NCBI GenBank assembly: GCA_944392155.1
Contig: CALXVR010000002.1
Location: 23,748-87,747 of the forward strand
From: an uncultured Alphaproteobacteria bacterium
Lineage (GTDB): Bacteria; Pseudomonadota; Alphaproteobacteria; RF32; CAG-239
Length of the DNA: 64,000 nt
Direction: 5' to 3'
A model generated the notes under the pieces. It was given only the letters and a program-made list of their open reading frames with translations. It did not search any database and was not told where the DNA came from. Within the stretch, counting starts at the first letter, position 1. Each line of letters opens with the position of its first letter. Positions 27,484-36,708 of the stretch are shown here, in pieces. Both the position numbers and the translations under genes were made by a program.

Positions 27484-28431
27484 CTAAACTTTTAATCTCT
27501 TTAAAAAGTCTCCTATCTCTCGATTTACTCTGATGCCATCTTGAGGAGTGGGTTTGATTAATCCAAAAAAGCGCGGTTTGATGCGAGAGCCATCTATAGG
27601 AGCGTAAACAGCAGGATTGTTTATCAGAACCTGATAGGCGCCATCAGGGTCTTTTTGCGCCGTACGGAAATAATTGGTAACCAAGCGTTCGGCATCAATC
27701 GGAAAATCTTTTTTCTTGATTGCTTCAATATAGCGTTGTTTGCGTTCTAGCCGACGTTGGTGTTCTTCATAAATTTCTTTTTCTATTTTGCGGCGTTGAG
27801 CTTTTAGGCGGCGTTCTTCAATTGCGATTTCGCAGCCTTCCATCTCTATTAAGATTTCGACATAAGAAATGATGGCTAATTGCAAGATTTCGTCTTCACA
27901 GCGTTCGGCAAAATCTAACAATTCTTCATCAGAGGCGTCGGGACTTAAACCTTGAAGCTCTTCCGGGTGCAGTTGGAGCATAATTTCCCAGCCACTGATT
28001 GCCTCTGAGGCAATGAGAGAGCCTGTTTTGTATTTGTAATGAGGAATGAGCAGTGATGTATCTAGCCGGAAATTGGGGGCGGGAATATCATTCATGCTAG
28101 CCATCATGACAATGGAGTTCGAAAAGTTTTTGTAAGCGTCAAACAAAGCTTTTTCATTTGTATCCAGTTCGGGACCTTTGTTCTTAGGTGCAGGATTTTG
28201 TTTGGGCTGGGCAGAAGGTGTCGGCGCCGTTGTTTGCTCCGTCTGGAGGGTTGGTTCCTCTATTCCGGTATCAATACCTTCCAATTCGGAGTTGATGAAT
28301 TGGTTGAGCAAACGTTCAAATTCATCGTCTTCGGCGATTTCTTCTTCATAACTTTTGGTTTGTGGTGAAGCTTCTTCTTTATTGAGCCCTGTTTTTGCGT
28401 CTAATTTTTCTTTATTAGCTGTTTCGCTCAT
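27484..28431 (-). CDS. Hypothetical protein with an acidic/disordered N-terminus and a coiled-coil segment
   Basis: 315 aa. No recognised motif. It belongs to the same co-directional cluster. Confidence 0.55.
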   Translation of the reverse strand: MSETANKEKLDAKTGLNKEEASPQTKSYEEEIAEDDEFERLLNQFINSELEGIDTGIEEPTLQTEQTTAPTPSAQPKQNPAPKNKGPELDTNEKALFDAYKNFSNSIVMMASMNDIPAPNFRLDTSLLIPHYKYKTGSLIASEAISGWEIMLQLHPEELQGLSPDASDEELLDFAERCEDEILQLAIISYVEILIEMEGCEIAIEERRLKAQRRKIEKEIYEEHQRRLERKQRYIEAIKKKDFPIDAERLVTNYFRTAQKDPDGAYQVLINNPAVYAPIDGSRIKPRFFGLIKPTPQDGIRVNREIGDFLKRLKV

Positions 28432-28439
28432 TGTTCCCT

Positions 28440-28721
28440 CTAATTTAGGTGAATTGTGGAAATTTGTTGTCCCGATGTTGTATCGATGATGATTATTCTG
28501 TCAGATATTCCGCCGTCTGTGACCGTTAGATAAAGGAGGTTATCTTTGGTTTGTAGCTTTGATATGCGACTGCCGGCAGGTTCTTGCAGATTTATTTCTT
28601 TAGGCAGACGGGATAGTGTCTTGGTCTTTTTAAAAATAGTGCCGATGAGCATAAGGCTGCCAAAAACAAGTAAAAAGGTTAGAATAAATACGATTGTTTT
28701 GACCAGTTTTAATTTATCCAT
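28440..28721 (-). CDS. Small N-terminally anchored membrane/periplasmic protein
   Basis: 93 aa with one N-terminal TM helix. It is the first gene of the cluster. Confidence 0.5.
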   Translation of the reverse strand: MDKLKLVKTIVFILTFLLVFGSLMLIGTIFKKTKTLSRLPKEINLQEPAGSRISKLQTKDNLLYLTVTDGGISDRIIIIDTTSGQQISTIHLN

Positions 28722-28807
28722 GTGAATCTATCCTTGCCAAATTGCCATATTTTGTTTATGTTAGCACTCATTGGTAACTATATCGTAAATTTTTTATTTG
28801 TGCAAAT

Positions 28808-29788
28808 ATGAATGATTTTTCCGATAATATTTTTTATACGCCAGCTGTAGAAAACGCAGACAAAGGTGAGCGTCTGGACAAATTTTTAGCCAGGGTTCTG
28901 CCTAATTTGTCTCGATCTCAGGCTCAAAGGTTGATTGTCGGAGGAAATGTTGCTTGTGATGAAGATACGGTTGCCGATAATTCTTTTAAAGTTCGTCTCG
29001 GTGATGTTTATCAGGTTTTGGTGCCGGAGGCTTCTGATGCTGAGCCAGAACCGGAAAATATTGCGCTTGATGTAGTGTATGAAGATGATGATCTTTTGGT
29101 TGTTAATAAACCCGCAGGAATGACGGTGCATCCGGCTCCGGGAGCTTATAACGGAACTTTGGTTAATGCGCTTTTGTATCATTGTAAAGATAATTTGTCT
29201 GGCATCGGCGGAGTTAAACGCCCCGGAATTGTTCATCGAATAGATAAAGATACCAGTGGTTTGTTGGTTGTGGCTAAAAATGATTTGGCGCATCAGGGAC
29301 TTTGTGCACAGTTTTTTGAACATTCTATCGAACGGACTTATTATGCCGTTGTTTATGGTTTGCCTAATCCGGTTAATGGCAGAATTGAGGCTAATATCGG
29401 GCGCAGCAGGTTTGATCGAAAAAAAATGGCTGTGCTTGAAAATGGCGGAAAATATGCAGCAACAAATTATAAGACCCTAGAGAACTTTAATGGTACGGCA
29501 GCTTTGGTTCAATGCAACTTGGAGACGGGAAGAACGCATCAAATCAGAGTACATATGGCCTCAATAGGATGTAATCTTGTCGGAGACCAACTTTATGTTA
29601 AAAGCAAAAAAACTTCTGTCAGAGGATTGGATGCGGAAACGCTTGCTTTTGTAAATGATTTTCCGCGGCAAGCTCTTCACGCCGCTTCTCTTGGTTTTCA
29701 GCATCCTCGAAGTGGTAAAAAACTATATTTTTCATCTGATTTTCCCGAGGATATGCAATTTCTTCTAAAAAAACTGCGTTCGTTTTAG
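28808..29788 (+). CDS. rluD: 23S rRNA pseudouridine synthase, RluD subfamily
   Basis: 326 aa with an S4 domain and the RluA-family catalytic motif HRIDKDTSGLLVVAKN. Confidence 0.85.
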   Translation: MNDFSDNIFYTPAVENADKGERLDKFLARVLPNLSRSQAQRLIVGGNVACDEDTVADNSFKVRLGDVYQVLVPEASDAEPEPENIALDVVYEDDDLLVVNKPAGMTVHPAPGAYNGTLVNALLYHCKDNLSGIGGVKRPGIVHRIDKDTSGLLVVAKNDLAHQGLCAQFFEHSIERTYYAVVYGLPNPVNGRIEANIGRSRFDRKKMAVLENGGKYAATNYKTLENFNGTAALVQCNLETGRTHQIRVHMASIGCNLVGDQLYVKSKKTSVRGLDAETLAFVNDFPRQALHAASLGFQHPRSGKKLYFSSDFPEDMQFLLKKLRSF

Positions 29789-29845
29789 GTGTGTGTACCA
29801 ACTATACTAAAGAATAGGTTGTAATTTAGCTATCACTTATTTAAC

Positions 29846-30754
29846 GTGAAAAAGTCAACATCAGAAGAGAAGAGGAGAAACCTTATGGACAGTGCTTTCG
29901 CTCTTAACGGACTTGACTTTTCGCCAGAATTTAATTTGGCAAGATATTTGCAAAGCATAAGAAAATTTCCTATTTTAGAGCAAGACGAAGAATATCGGTT
30001 GGCTGTAAAATATAAGGAAACAAAAGATGAAAAAATCGCTTATAAGCTTGTTACATCACATCTTCGTTTAGTGGTTAAAGTTGTGTCAAAGTACAGAGGG
30101 TATGGATTGCCTGTCGGCGAAATGATTTCTGAAGGAAATATAGGTTTATTATATGCCGTAGATAAGTTTGATCCAGACAGAGGATTTCGTTTTTCAACAT
30201 ATGCTTTATGGTGGATTAAGGCATCTGTACAAAAGTATATATTGAGTTCTTGGTCTTTGGTTAAAATCGGTACGACAGCAGCGCAGAAAAAGCTTTTTTT
30301 TAATTTGCGGAAAATTAAAAATAAGCTTAATTTAATTGATGACAGAGATTTGTCGCAGGAAGTTTTAGGTAATATTGCATCTTCTTTAGATGTTTCGGTG
30401 CAAGATGTTACAGATATGAATATGCGTTTGGGTGCGCATGACGGATCTTTAAATTCTGTTTTGGATAATTCTTCGGAACACACAACGGAATGGATTGATT
30501 TTATTTCAGATTCAAAGCCCAATCAGGAAGATGTTTTGGCTTATAGCGAAACAATGCGATATAGGCGCAAATTATTTCAAAATGCGTTGGGGTGTCTCAA
30601 TCAAAGAGAAAAGGATATCTTATTTAAAAGACGTTTGTCCGAAAAAGCCGTTACATTAGACGACTTAAGCAAAGCTTATTGTATATCAAAAGAGAGAGTT
30701 CGCCAGATTGAACTTAATTCTATTAAAAAAATTCGCAAAGCCATTGCATTGTAG
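29846..30754 (+). CDS. rpoH: RNA polymerase sigma-32 factor RpoH
   Basis: 302 aa (GTG start per the ORF track). It has sigma-70 regions 2-4 and an RpoH box (TAAQKKLFFNLRKIK). Confidence 0.9.
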   Translation: MKKSTSEEKRRNLMDSAFALNGLDFSPEFNLARYLQSIRKFPILEQDEEYRLAVKYKETKDEKIAYKLVTSHLRLVVKVVSKYRGYGLPVGEMISEGNIGLLYAVDKFDPDRGFRFSTYALWWIKASVQKYILSSWSLVKIGTTAAQKKLFFNLRKIKNKLNLIDDRDLSQEVLGNIASSLDVSVQDVTDMNMRLGAHDGSLNSVLDNSSEHTTEWIDFISDSKPNQEDVLAYSETMRYRRKLFQNALGCLNQREKDILFKRRLSEKAVTLDDLSKAYCISKERVRQIELNSIKKIRKAIAL

Positions 30755-30758
30755 ATAT

Positions 30759-30787
30759 AAAAAAACTCCCAGACGGGAGTTTTTTTA
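30759..30787. terminator. Bidirectional rho-independent terminator
   Basis: A6-ACTCCC-AGAC-GGGAGT-T7, between convergent rpoH and the 165-aa ORF. Confidence 0.8.
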
Positions 30788-30789
30788 TA

Positions 30790-31287
30790 TTATTCTTTTT
30801 GTCGGTCTATTAGGTCTGAGCCCCAATCTTCAGCAAGATGGGCTAATTTTGCATCTATTGTTTTGAGACGCTTTTGTGCCGATGCTTTTGAAATGAAGAT
30901 AAAGAGATTAGGAATTTCATAATATGCAACTAAGCCAAGGCCAGCAGAGCCAAGCATTATGATAAGGTTAAAGATATCTCCTACTATGAAAAAGGCATTG
31001 TGTAGGGTGAAACTGTTGATGACGCTCATGAGATATATGAACACGCCGGCTAAGTTAAAGCTTCCGACAATGACAAGTTTATCTGTATTTTTGGGATCGG
31101 TTATGAGAATTGTAAAGGTCGGTAACAAACCAATCAGTAAAACCATTACGGCGGGGAGCGTGCTGATAACAATGAACATTAATCCGATGAACAGAAGCAT
31201 TTTTTGAGCAATAGATAGCTTGCTGTAGGATTTTTTTAGGTTAATTAATGGTTTTTTGTTATTTTCTTTTTTCATTTTAACACCCAT
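30790..31287 (-). CDS. Small polytopic membrane protein
   Basis: 165 aa with ~4 TM helices. Its start overlaps the 3' end of the kinase-like ORF by 16 nt. Confidence 0.55.
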   Translation of the reverse strand: MGVKMKKENNKKPLINLKKSYSKLSIAQKMLLFIGLMFIVISTLPAVMVLLIGLLPTFTILITDPKNTDKLVIVGSFNLAGVFIYLMSVINSFTLHNAFFIVGDIFNLIIMLGSAGLGLVAYYEIPNLFIFISKASAQKRLKTIDAKLAHLAEDWGSDLIDRQKE

Positions 31288-33308
31288 AGAATCAGGTTAA
31301 ATAAAAATGATGCCAACATGACCATTATGGCTAAAATTGAGGTAAAGCGAATGGCCATATTACGAGCTTCATCATCTATTTTAGAACTGTTGTTGATGAG
31401 TTTGTTTTTTTCGGAAAGCAGAAAATTTATGTCGCTTACCGCTTTGGTGTAGTTTGCTTTATCTTTGTTACGGGCTTCCTCGTCTTCCAAAATATCGCAA
31501 AGCTCATGAAGTTTTCCGTTTTTGTTGATTTTAAGTAATTCTCTTTCCAAAAACTTTTGATATTTGAGGTTGTGATAGCTTTTGATTATGGATATTGATG
31601 AGCTGGCAAGCCATTGTGATAAATGAGGCAATTGGGCCGGTCCGAATTTGTTTTGCATAGAGGTATAGAGTCGTAAAATGGCGCTTGCTTGCAAGTAGTC
31701 TTTTCCTGTGGCAAGATCTGTTAATATGCCATCAATTTTTTTACCCATTTTACAGCGCAGATAGGCTATAATATTGCGATCATAGGGCATGCTTTTAACA
31801 ATTTGTTTGGAGTAGGTGTTGTCTAAAGCTCTTAAAATTCTGGTCGGAGAGTTTACAAATTCATCACCTAGCAGAGAGCTGACGCAAGGTATGTCATCAT
31901 CAAAGTCATACATGATTCTATCCAAGCCGTAGCCTATGTCTTGGCGGTTGATGTAAATGCGAAACTCCGCCGCATTGGCCGGAGAACGCATGTGTTCTTG
32001 TTCTTGATACCAAAGCTTAATTAATTCTGCCGAAAAGAGTTCATAGAACGGTTTTGTTTCCATGCCATTTCTGAGTGCGTAAAATATGGCTTTGGGGGCA
32101 CCATCCGGAAAAAGACAAAGATTGTTTAGCTTAAGGGGGAGATCCGGCATTAGTAAAATGCAGATTTTTGATATTATGATATCCGTAGAAGTGGTTCCTT
32201 CGGGATAAGTTGTCAGAAGTTTTTCTATTTTTCCGGCTAGCTTCTCGTTTTCCAGGCCGTTTTTTATCCAATCAAGCAATTTTCCTGATTTGACAAGTTC
32301 GTAGGCTTCAGTTGGAGCATTGCTTATGGCAATAGCAAAATCTCGGGCGTTATAAAATTTTTCGCCGTTGAAAGATATGGTTCTTTTGGGGCGGTCCGTT
32401 GCTGTAGAACTACTGTAGTTTCCTGTCTTGCCGTCGAGAAGATTATAGGCTTGAATGTAATTAAGCCGATTTTCGACGTTGTCGTTTAATAAATTGCGTA
32501 AAACAGGAGATATTTGATTGGGGATGTGATCATCAGCAAGAAGAGCTTGATAACTTCCTTTTTTTAATTTTATGCGTAAAAGTTCTGGGGTGCTCATTTC
32601 CGGGACAATTTCGTGTCTGAGATACAGAGCCATCATTAGCGCGCCTATTGCATAAATATCATTTTTTTCGCTACCATTGCCGCGTCCTTCGGGAATAGAC
32701 AGCATATTTTCAATTGTTTCGTAGGCTGAGGGCTGATAAAAGGCCGGAAATGATGCGCAGCAGTCTCCCAACATAATTTCTGTTTTTTCTGCATTTGCAT
32801 AATAGATGTTGTCTGCTCGGATTGCTCTGTGGGTTATATTATAATTTTTTAAGGCCTCGATTGCGGAGAGTAAGTTAATTAGAGTGCTTTTGAATTTTTC
32901 AGAACTACGAATGTCGAGGCTTGTTTTTCCGCCTTCAAAAACTTTTCCGTAAGGGAGCTTGTAGATGAGCGCAAGGTTGCGAGATTTTTCCGGCAGCCAT
33001 GTTACTATTCCAAACTCCACAAGTTTCATTAGACTTCTGCATTCAATGGATTTAATGTAAGGAAGGATGGTAGAGCGTGGGCAAGTTTTGTTGCTGCAAA
33101 TAAGTGCAAACAGACCTCTTTTGGTGTCTATGCGGTCGATAACGCGGTAGGCTTTTGCTCCATTGCAATCAAGCCAAGGAAGAGGTTGAGCGTAATCTAT
33201 TTCAAATCTTTCTTTTACCAGAAACTTGTTTGCTCCGATTTCTCCGTTGCTTTCTGGCTCGGGTTGCGGAACAGTTTCTTCGGAAACTTCGTTTTCTGCT
33301 TCTGCCAT
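31272..33308 (-). CDS. Tail-anchored protein kinase-fold protein with a non-canonical catalytic loop
   Basis: 678 aa. It has HRAIRADN in place of HRDxKxxN, LGDC in place of DFG, an IPE...DIYAIG APE-like segment, a ~380-aa helical extension and a C-terminal TM helix. Confidence 0.6.
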   Translation of the reverse strand: MAEAENEVSEETVPQPEPESNGEIGANKFLVKERFEIDYAQPLPWLDCNGAKAYRVIDRIDTKRGLFALICSNKTCPRSTILPYIKSIECRSLMKLVEFGIVTWLPEKSRNLALIYKLPYGKVFEGGKTSLDIRSSEKFKSTLINLLSAIEALKNYNITHRAIRADNIYYANAEKTEIMLGDCCASFPAFYQPSAYETIENMLSIPEGRGNGSEKNDIYAIGALMMALYLRHEIVPEMSTPELLRIKLKKGSYQALLADDHIPNQISPVLRNLLNDNVENRLNYIQAYNLLDGKTGNYSSSTATDRPKRTISFNGEKFYNARDFAIAISNAPTEAYELVKSGKLLDWIKNGLENEKLAGKIEKLLTTYPEGTTSTDIIISKICILLMPDLPLKLNNLCLFPDGAPKAIFYALRNGMETKPFYELFSAELIKLWYQEQEHMRSPANAAEFRIYINRQDIGYGLDRIMYDFDDDIPCVSSLLGDEFVNSPTRILRALDNTYSKQIVKSMPYDRNIIAYLRCKMGKKIDGILTDLATGKDYLQASAILRLYTSMQNKFGPAQLPHLSQWLASSSISIIKSYHNLKYQKFLERELLKINKNGKLHELCDILEDEEARNKDKANYTKAVSDINFLLSEKNKLINNSSKIDDEARNMAIRFTSILAIMVMLASFLFNLILWVLK

Positions 33309-33467
33309 GTTTGGTGTCCGTTGTTTATTAATTCGTTTTTATTATGTTAATTGATTAAAGTTAATAAAGAGCAAATATTTGGGTACATAGCTTTAATTAT
33401 TTGATTGTTTTTTGAAAATAATCATTTTAAGATAATTCTTAATTTGAAAGTTAAACGGAAGTTTGCC

Positions 33468-34580
33468 ATGGATGATGTCAATCATAATTTAGTTTTTGAT
33501 ACGGATACGATTAATTTTTTGGAAGGTGTTAGCGATAAGGAGACCAAGTCTAAAGTTGACCTTGGAATATTAAGCTCAGCCAAAAAACTAAATGTTGATT
33601 TGGATTTGCTTGAAAGCTTGGATGAAACGCCAAAATTTAATACAATCAAGCAAACATCAAAAGCAAATAACGCTGAAAAGGATGATTTGGTCGTTCAGGA
33701 TTTTATTGAAGATGCCGATGTGCATTTGAAAGATATTATAGATAAGATATTTAAAAATTCTGATCGTTCGTTTGTTATTGTGCGAGATGATAAAATTGAG
33801 TATGCCAACAAGACATTTTTAAAGATACTCGGCGTTGCCGGTGAAGATGATGTTTTGAAGAAAAATTTTTTGAAGTTCGTGGTTAAAGAAGATTGGAATT
33901 TGTTGGCGGAAAATATTGGTGAAATGCTGACAAACGATAAGAGTTTGATGGTGCGTTTGAAGTTAGCGGATAATAAGGTTCAGAGAATGAATTTTGATGC
34001 TATTTATTTGCCGGATAATCAGCATTTTACATTTATTCTCGTCGGCAGCAAGATTGTTACGAAAATTAATCTGGTGTCCGGACTGTATGATGATTTGACG
34101 GGGTTGCCAAATTTTTATTTGTTGGAAGATCGTGTGCAGATGGCCGTAAATGCTGAAAATTATAAAGATATTCGCCAAAAGAAAAATATGATTGGTTTGA
34201 TTGGGGTCAGCATTGATAATATGAAAGCTTTTAAAAGTTTGGGAATTGATGATTTTATTTTACGCAAATTGGCAGAAAGATTGATTTTGAGTCTGAAGAA
34301 AACTTTTACTGTTGCTACGGGCTTAAAGTATCAGTTTTGGATTTTGCTTCCCAATATTGATAATTTGGAAAATTTTGATGTTGAGATTAAGCGTGTTAAG
34401 GCGGCATTGGATGAGCCTGTCGCAGATAATTTTACGGAACATCACATTGATGCCAGCATCGGGGTAAGTATTTTTCCTGATCCGGCAACATCAGCTAAAA
34501 AGCTAATTGAGCAAGCAATACTTTCAATTCAAAAGGCTCAACATGACGGCGGAAAACGCGTAGTGATATTCGGAGCTTAA
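33468..34580 (+). CDS. PAS-like + degenerate GGDEF domain protein
   Basis: About 370 aa from the ATG at 33468. DDLTGLPNF is present, but the GG(D/E)EF position reads TGLKYQF. Confidence 0.65.
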   Translation: MDDVNHNLVFDTDTINFLEGVSDKETKSKVDLGILSSAKKLNVDLDLLESLDETPKFNTIKQTSKANNAEKDDLVVQDFIEDADVHLKDIIDKIFKNSDRSFVIVRDDKIEYANKTFLKILGVAGEDDVLKKNFLKFVVKEDWNLLAENIGEMLTNDKSLMVRLKLADNKVQRMNFDAIYLPDNQHFTFILVGSKIVTKINLVSGLYDDLTGLPNFYLLEDRVQMAVNAENYKDIRQKKNMIGLIGVSIDNMKAFKSLGIDDFILRKLAERLILSLKKTFTVATGLKYQFWILLPNIDNLENFDVEIKRVKAALDEPVADNFTEHHIDASIGVSIFPDPATSAKKLIEQAILSIQKAQHDGGKRVVIFGA

Positions 34581-35347
34581 TCGCGTAAGCTGTCTTCTAA
34601 TGTTAGTCCCAGTCTTAAAATCTTGTGGGCTGCTTGGCTGTAGGTGCCATCCGGATTGTGGATGGTTAGACCGGGGTGGATTGTGGCGGCAGCTTTGGAG
34701 TCTTTGCGGGCGCTAACTATTACTCTTTTGGCATTTTGATTGCTTTTTGAGAAAAGCGGAATAATGTTTATTTCTCCCATTTTCCCGTGCAAACAAGATA
34801 GAATTTCAGGCAGAGCTTCGGCTCTGTTTATCATGTAAAAATAGCCTTTGGGGCGCAGCATTTTTATACAGAATGCAATCCATTCGGAAAGTCTGAAACT
34901 TTTGCCGTTGTGTGCAAAGGCCTTGCTTGTGTTGGGAGAAGGCATGTCATGTTCGGAGTAGGGCGGATTGGTGATGACATGTGAGAAAGAGCAGGGAGCC
35001 GGACAAGTTTTTTTATCGGATATGTCCGCATTAATGAAGCTAAGAAATTCTGTAAAGCCATTGGCTTTTGCACTTTCATTGGAGAGAGCGACCAGCTCTG
35101 TTTGGAGCTCAAGTCCGGTGATTTTGGGGCGGATATCTTTAAATCTTTCGGCTAAGCATAGAGAAATTGCACCGGTTCCGGAGCCAACGTCTAAAACGGA
35201 CGAATCGCTTTTTAGATCAGAGATAGCTGAGGACAAAATAACAGCGTCAGTCGAGGCTCGATAACCGTCTGTCGGCTGAAATATTTTAACTTGTTTGTCC
35301 AGAAGATAATCTTCGGAAAAGTTTGTCATGTTTTTTTCCTGCGGCAT
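34577..35347 (-). CDS. SAM-dependent N6-adenine methyltransferase, tRNA1(Val) m6A37 (TrmN6/YfiC)-like
   Basis: 256 aa with the SAM motif LDVGSGTGAISL and the NPPY motif (VITNPPY). Confidence 0.6.
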   Translation of the reverse strand: MPQEKNMTNFSEDYLLDKQVKIFQPTDGYRASTDAVILSSAISDLKSDSSVLDVGSGTGAISLCLAERFKDIRPKITGLELQTELVALSNESAKANGFTEFLSFINADISDKKTCPAPCSFSHVITNPPYSEHDMPSPNTSKAFAHNGKSFRLSEWIAFCIKMLRPKGYFYMINRAEALPEILSCLHGKMGEINIIPLFSKSNQNAKRVIVSARKDSKAAATIHPGLTIHNPDGTYSQAAHKILRLGLTLEDSLRD

Positions 35348-36294
35348 TAAGCTTTGTATGAGGCGCGGCGAATGCGGTCATTGATGGCTAAGCCCAAACC
35401 GGTTTCGGGTATGGGAGACATTGCTAAACCTTTGTAGCCTTTAATCTTATCGGCTTTTCTTAAAAAAGCAAAAAGATTTGCGGCAGCTTCGCATAAGTCT
35501 CCACTTGGGCTTAAGTTTAAGTCGCAGTCTGCAACATTGCCAAAGCCAATGAAAAATTCTCCGGGTTGACGCGTGGCGGCATTGATACGCAAGGGGTGTT
35601 CCGGAGCATAGTGTTTGAGCAGCTGTCCAGGAGCGCTTGGTTTGTTTGGGTCGCCGTCTGAGAGTAAGACTTTTTCATTTAAGAATTTTTCCAAATCTTC
35701 TTTAGAGGTTCCGCCGGCTCGCAGGATAACAATGTTTTTGCCTGTGACATCAATGATGGTAGATTCTACGCCGACACTGCAAGCTCCGCCGTCTAAAATC
35801 ATATCAACCCTTTCGCCAAGGCTGTCAAAGACATGTTGGGCTGTTGTCGGACTGATGGATTTAAATTTATTGGCTGAGGGAGCAACAATCGGTACGCCGC
35901 TTTTTTTTATCAAGTCAAGGGCGACCGGATGCGAAGGCATACGGACAGCAATATTAGGTAAACCAGAGCAAGCTAAATCTATGGCGGCGTTGTTATCTAT
36001 GCGCTTCAGAACCATGGTTAACGGTCCCGGCCAAAACTTCTTTGCCAAAGAGATAATTCGCTCGTCTGTCTGAGCATAGGTTTTTAAGAAGTCTGTTTCG
36101 GCAATGTGAGAGATGAGGGGATCAAAAAAAGGACGTTGTTTAGCCTCAAAAATTTTGGCAACAGCGGAAGCAATGTAGACATTAGCCCCTAATCCGTAAA
36201 CGGTTTCTGTGGGCATAGCTACCAGACCGCCATTTTTTATGGTTTGGGCGGCAAGCTTCATATTTTGTTCATTAGGTTCATAGATATTGTTCAT
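35347..36294 (-). CDS. tsaC: L-threonylcarbamoyladenylate synthase (Sua5/TsaC family, with Sua5 C-terminal domain)
   Basis: 315 aa with YrdC-fold motifs (VAMPTETVYGLGA, SAN). The length matches Sua5. Confidence 0.8.
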   Translation of the reverse strand: MNNIYEPNEQNMKLAAQTIKNGGLVAMPTETVYGLGANVYIASAVAKIFEAKQRPFFDPLISHIAETDFLKTYAQTDERIISLAKKFWPGPLTMVLKRIDNNAAIDLACSGLPNIAVRMPSHPVALDLIKKSGVPIVAPSANKFKSISPTTAQHVFDSLGERVDMILDGGACSVGVESTIIDVTGKNIVILRAGGTSKEDLEKFLNEKVLLSDGDPNKPSAPGQLLKHYAPEHPLRINAATRQPGEFFIGFGNVADCDLNLSPSGDLCEAAANLFAFLRKADKIKGYKGLAMSPIPETGLGLAINDRIRRASYKA

Positions 36295-36297
36295 TGT

Positions 36298-36708
36298 TTA
36301 GATCTTTAAAATGTGCTTTACGGCCGGTTCAATCTCTGAATATTCTTCTAGCACTTCAAGGTCTTCTTTGTCAATGATTTGATAAGTCTGCGTTTCTGTA
36401 TTGTAGGCGAGATAGTCAAATTCATCACAACCTAAAACGACTATGTTGGGGTTTCCGGCAAGGGGGCTCATTTGGTTGGCCAAAACAATGTCCATAAATA
36501 TTTTTCCATTAGGCGAAATTCCAAAAATTTTAGCTCCGTCATAAGCCACAGCATTAAAATTATGTAAAAGTTCCAAAAAGTCTTCGGGAATCATAGCGTT
36601 ATGATTTTGGGTAAGTTCTTTTTGGCAAAGAATGATTTTTTTTACATTGACCGGACTGCCTAAAATGGCGGCAGGAATTTTTTTTAGTGTTTGGATTATA
36701 TTTTTCAT
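36298..36708 (-). CDS. SUKH (SMI1/KNR4)-like immunity-type protein
   Basis: 136 aa. The pattern IPEDFLELLHNFNAVAYDGAKIFGI ... IVVLGCDEFDYLAYNTETQTYQIIDK follows the SUKH signature. It overlaps the 599-aa ORF by 4 nt (ATGA). Confidence 0.6.
   Translation of the reverse strand: MKNIIQTLKKIPAAILGSPVNVKKIILCQKELTQNHNAMIPEDFLELLHNFNAVAYDGAKIFGISPNGKIFMDIVLANQMSPLAGNPNIVVLGCDEFDYLAYNTETQTYQIIDKEDLEVLEEYSEIEPAVKHILKI

Noticed and set aside
33309-33467. TTAA-rich intergenic region as CtrA binding sites.
   Set aside because: The candidate pairs have spacings of N2 or N8, or a degenerate second half-site, rather than TTAA-N7-TTAA. In AT-rich DNA such strings are expected by chance.
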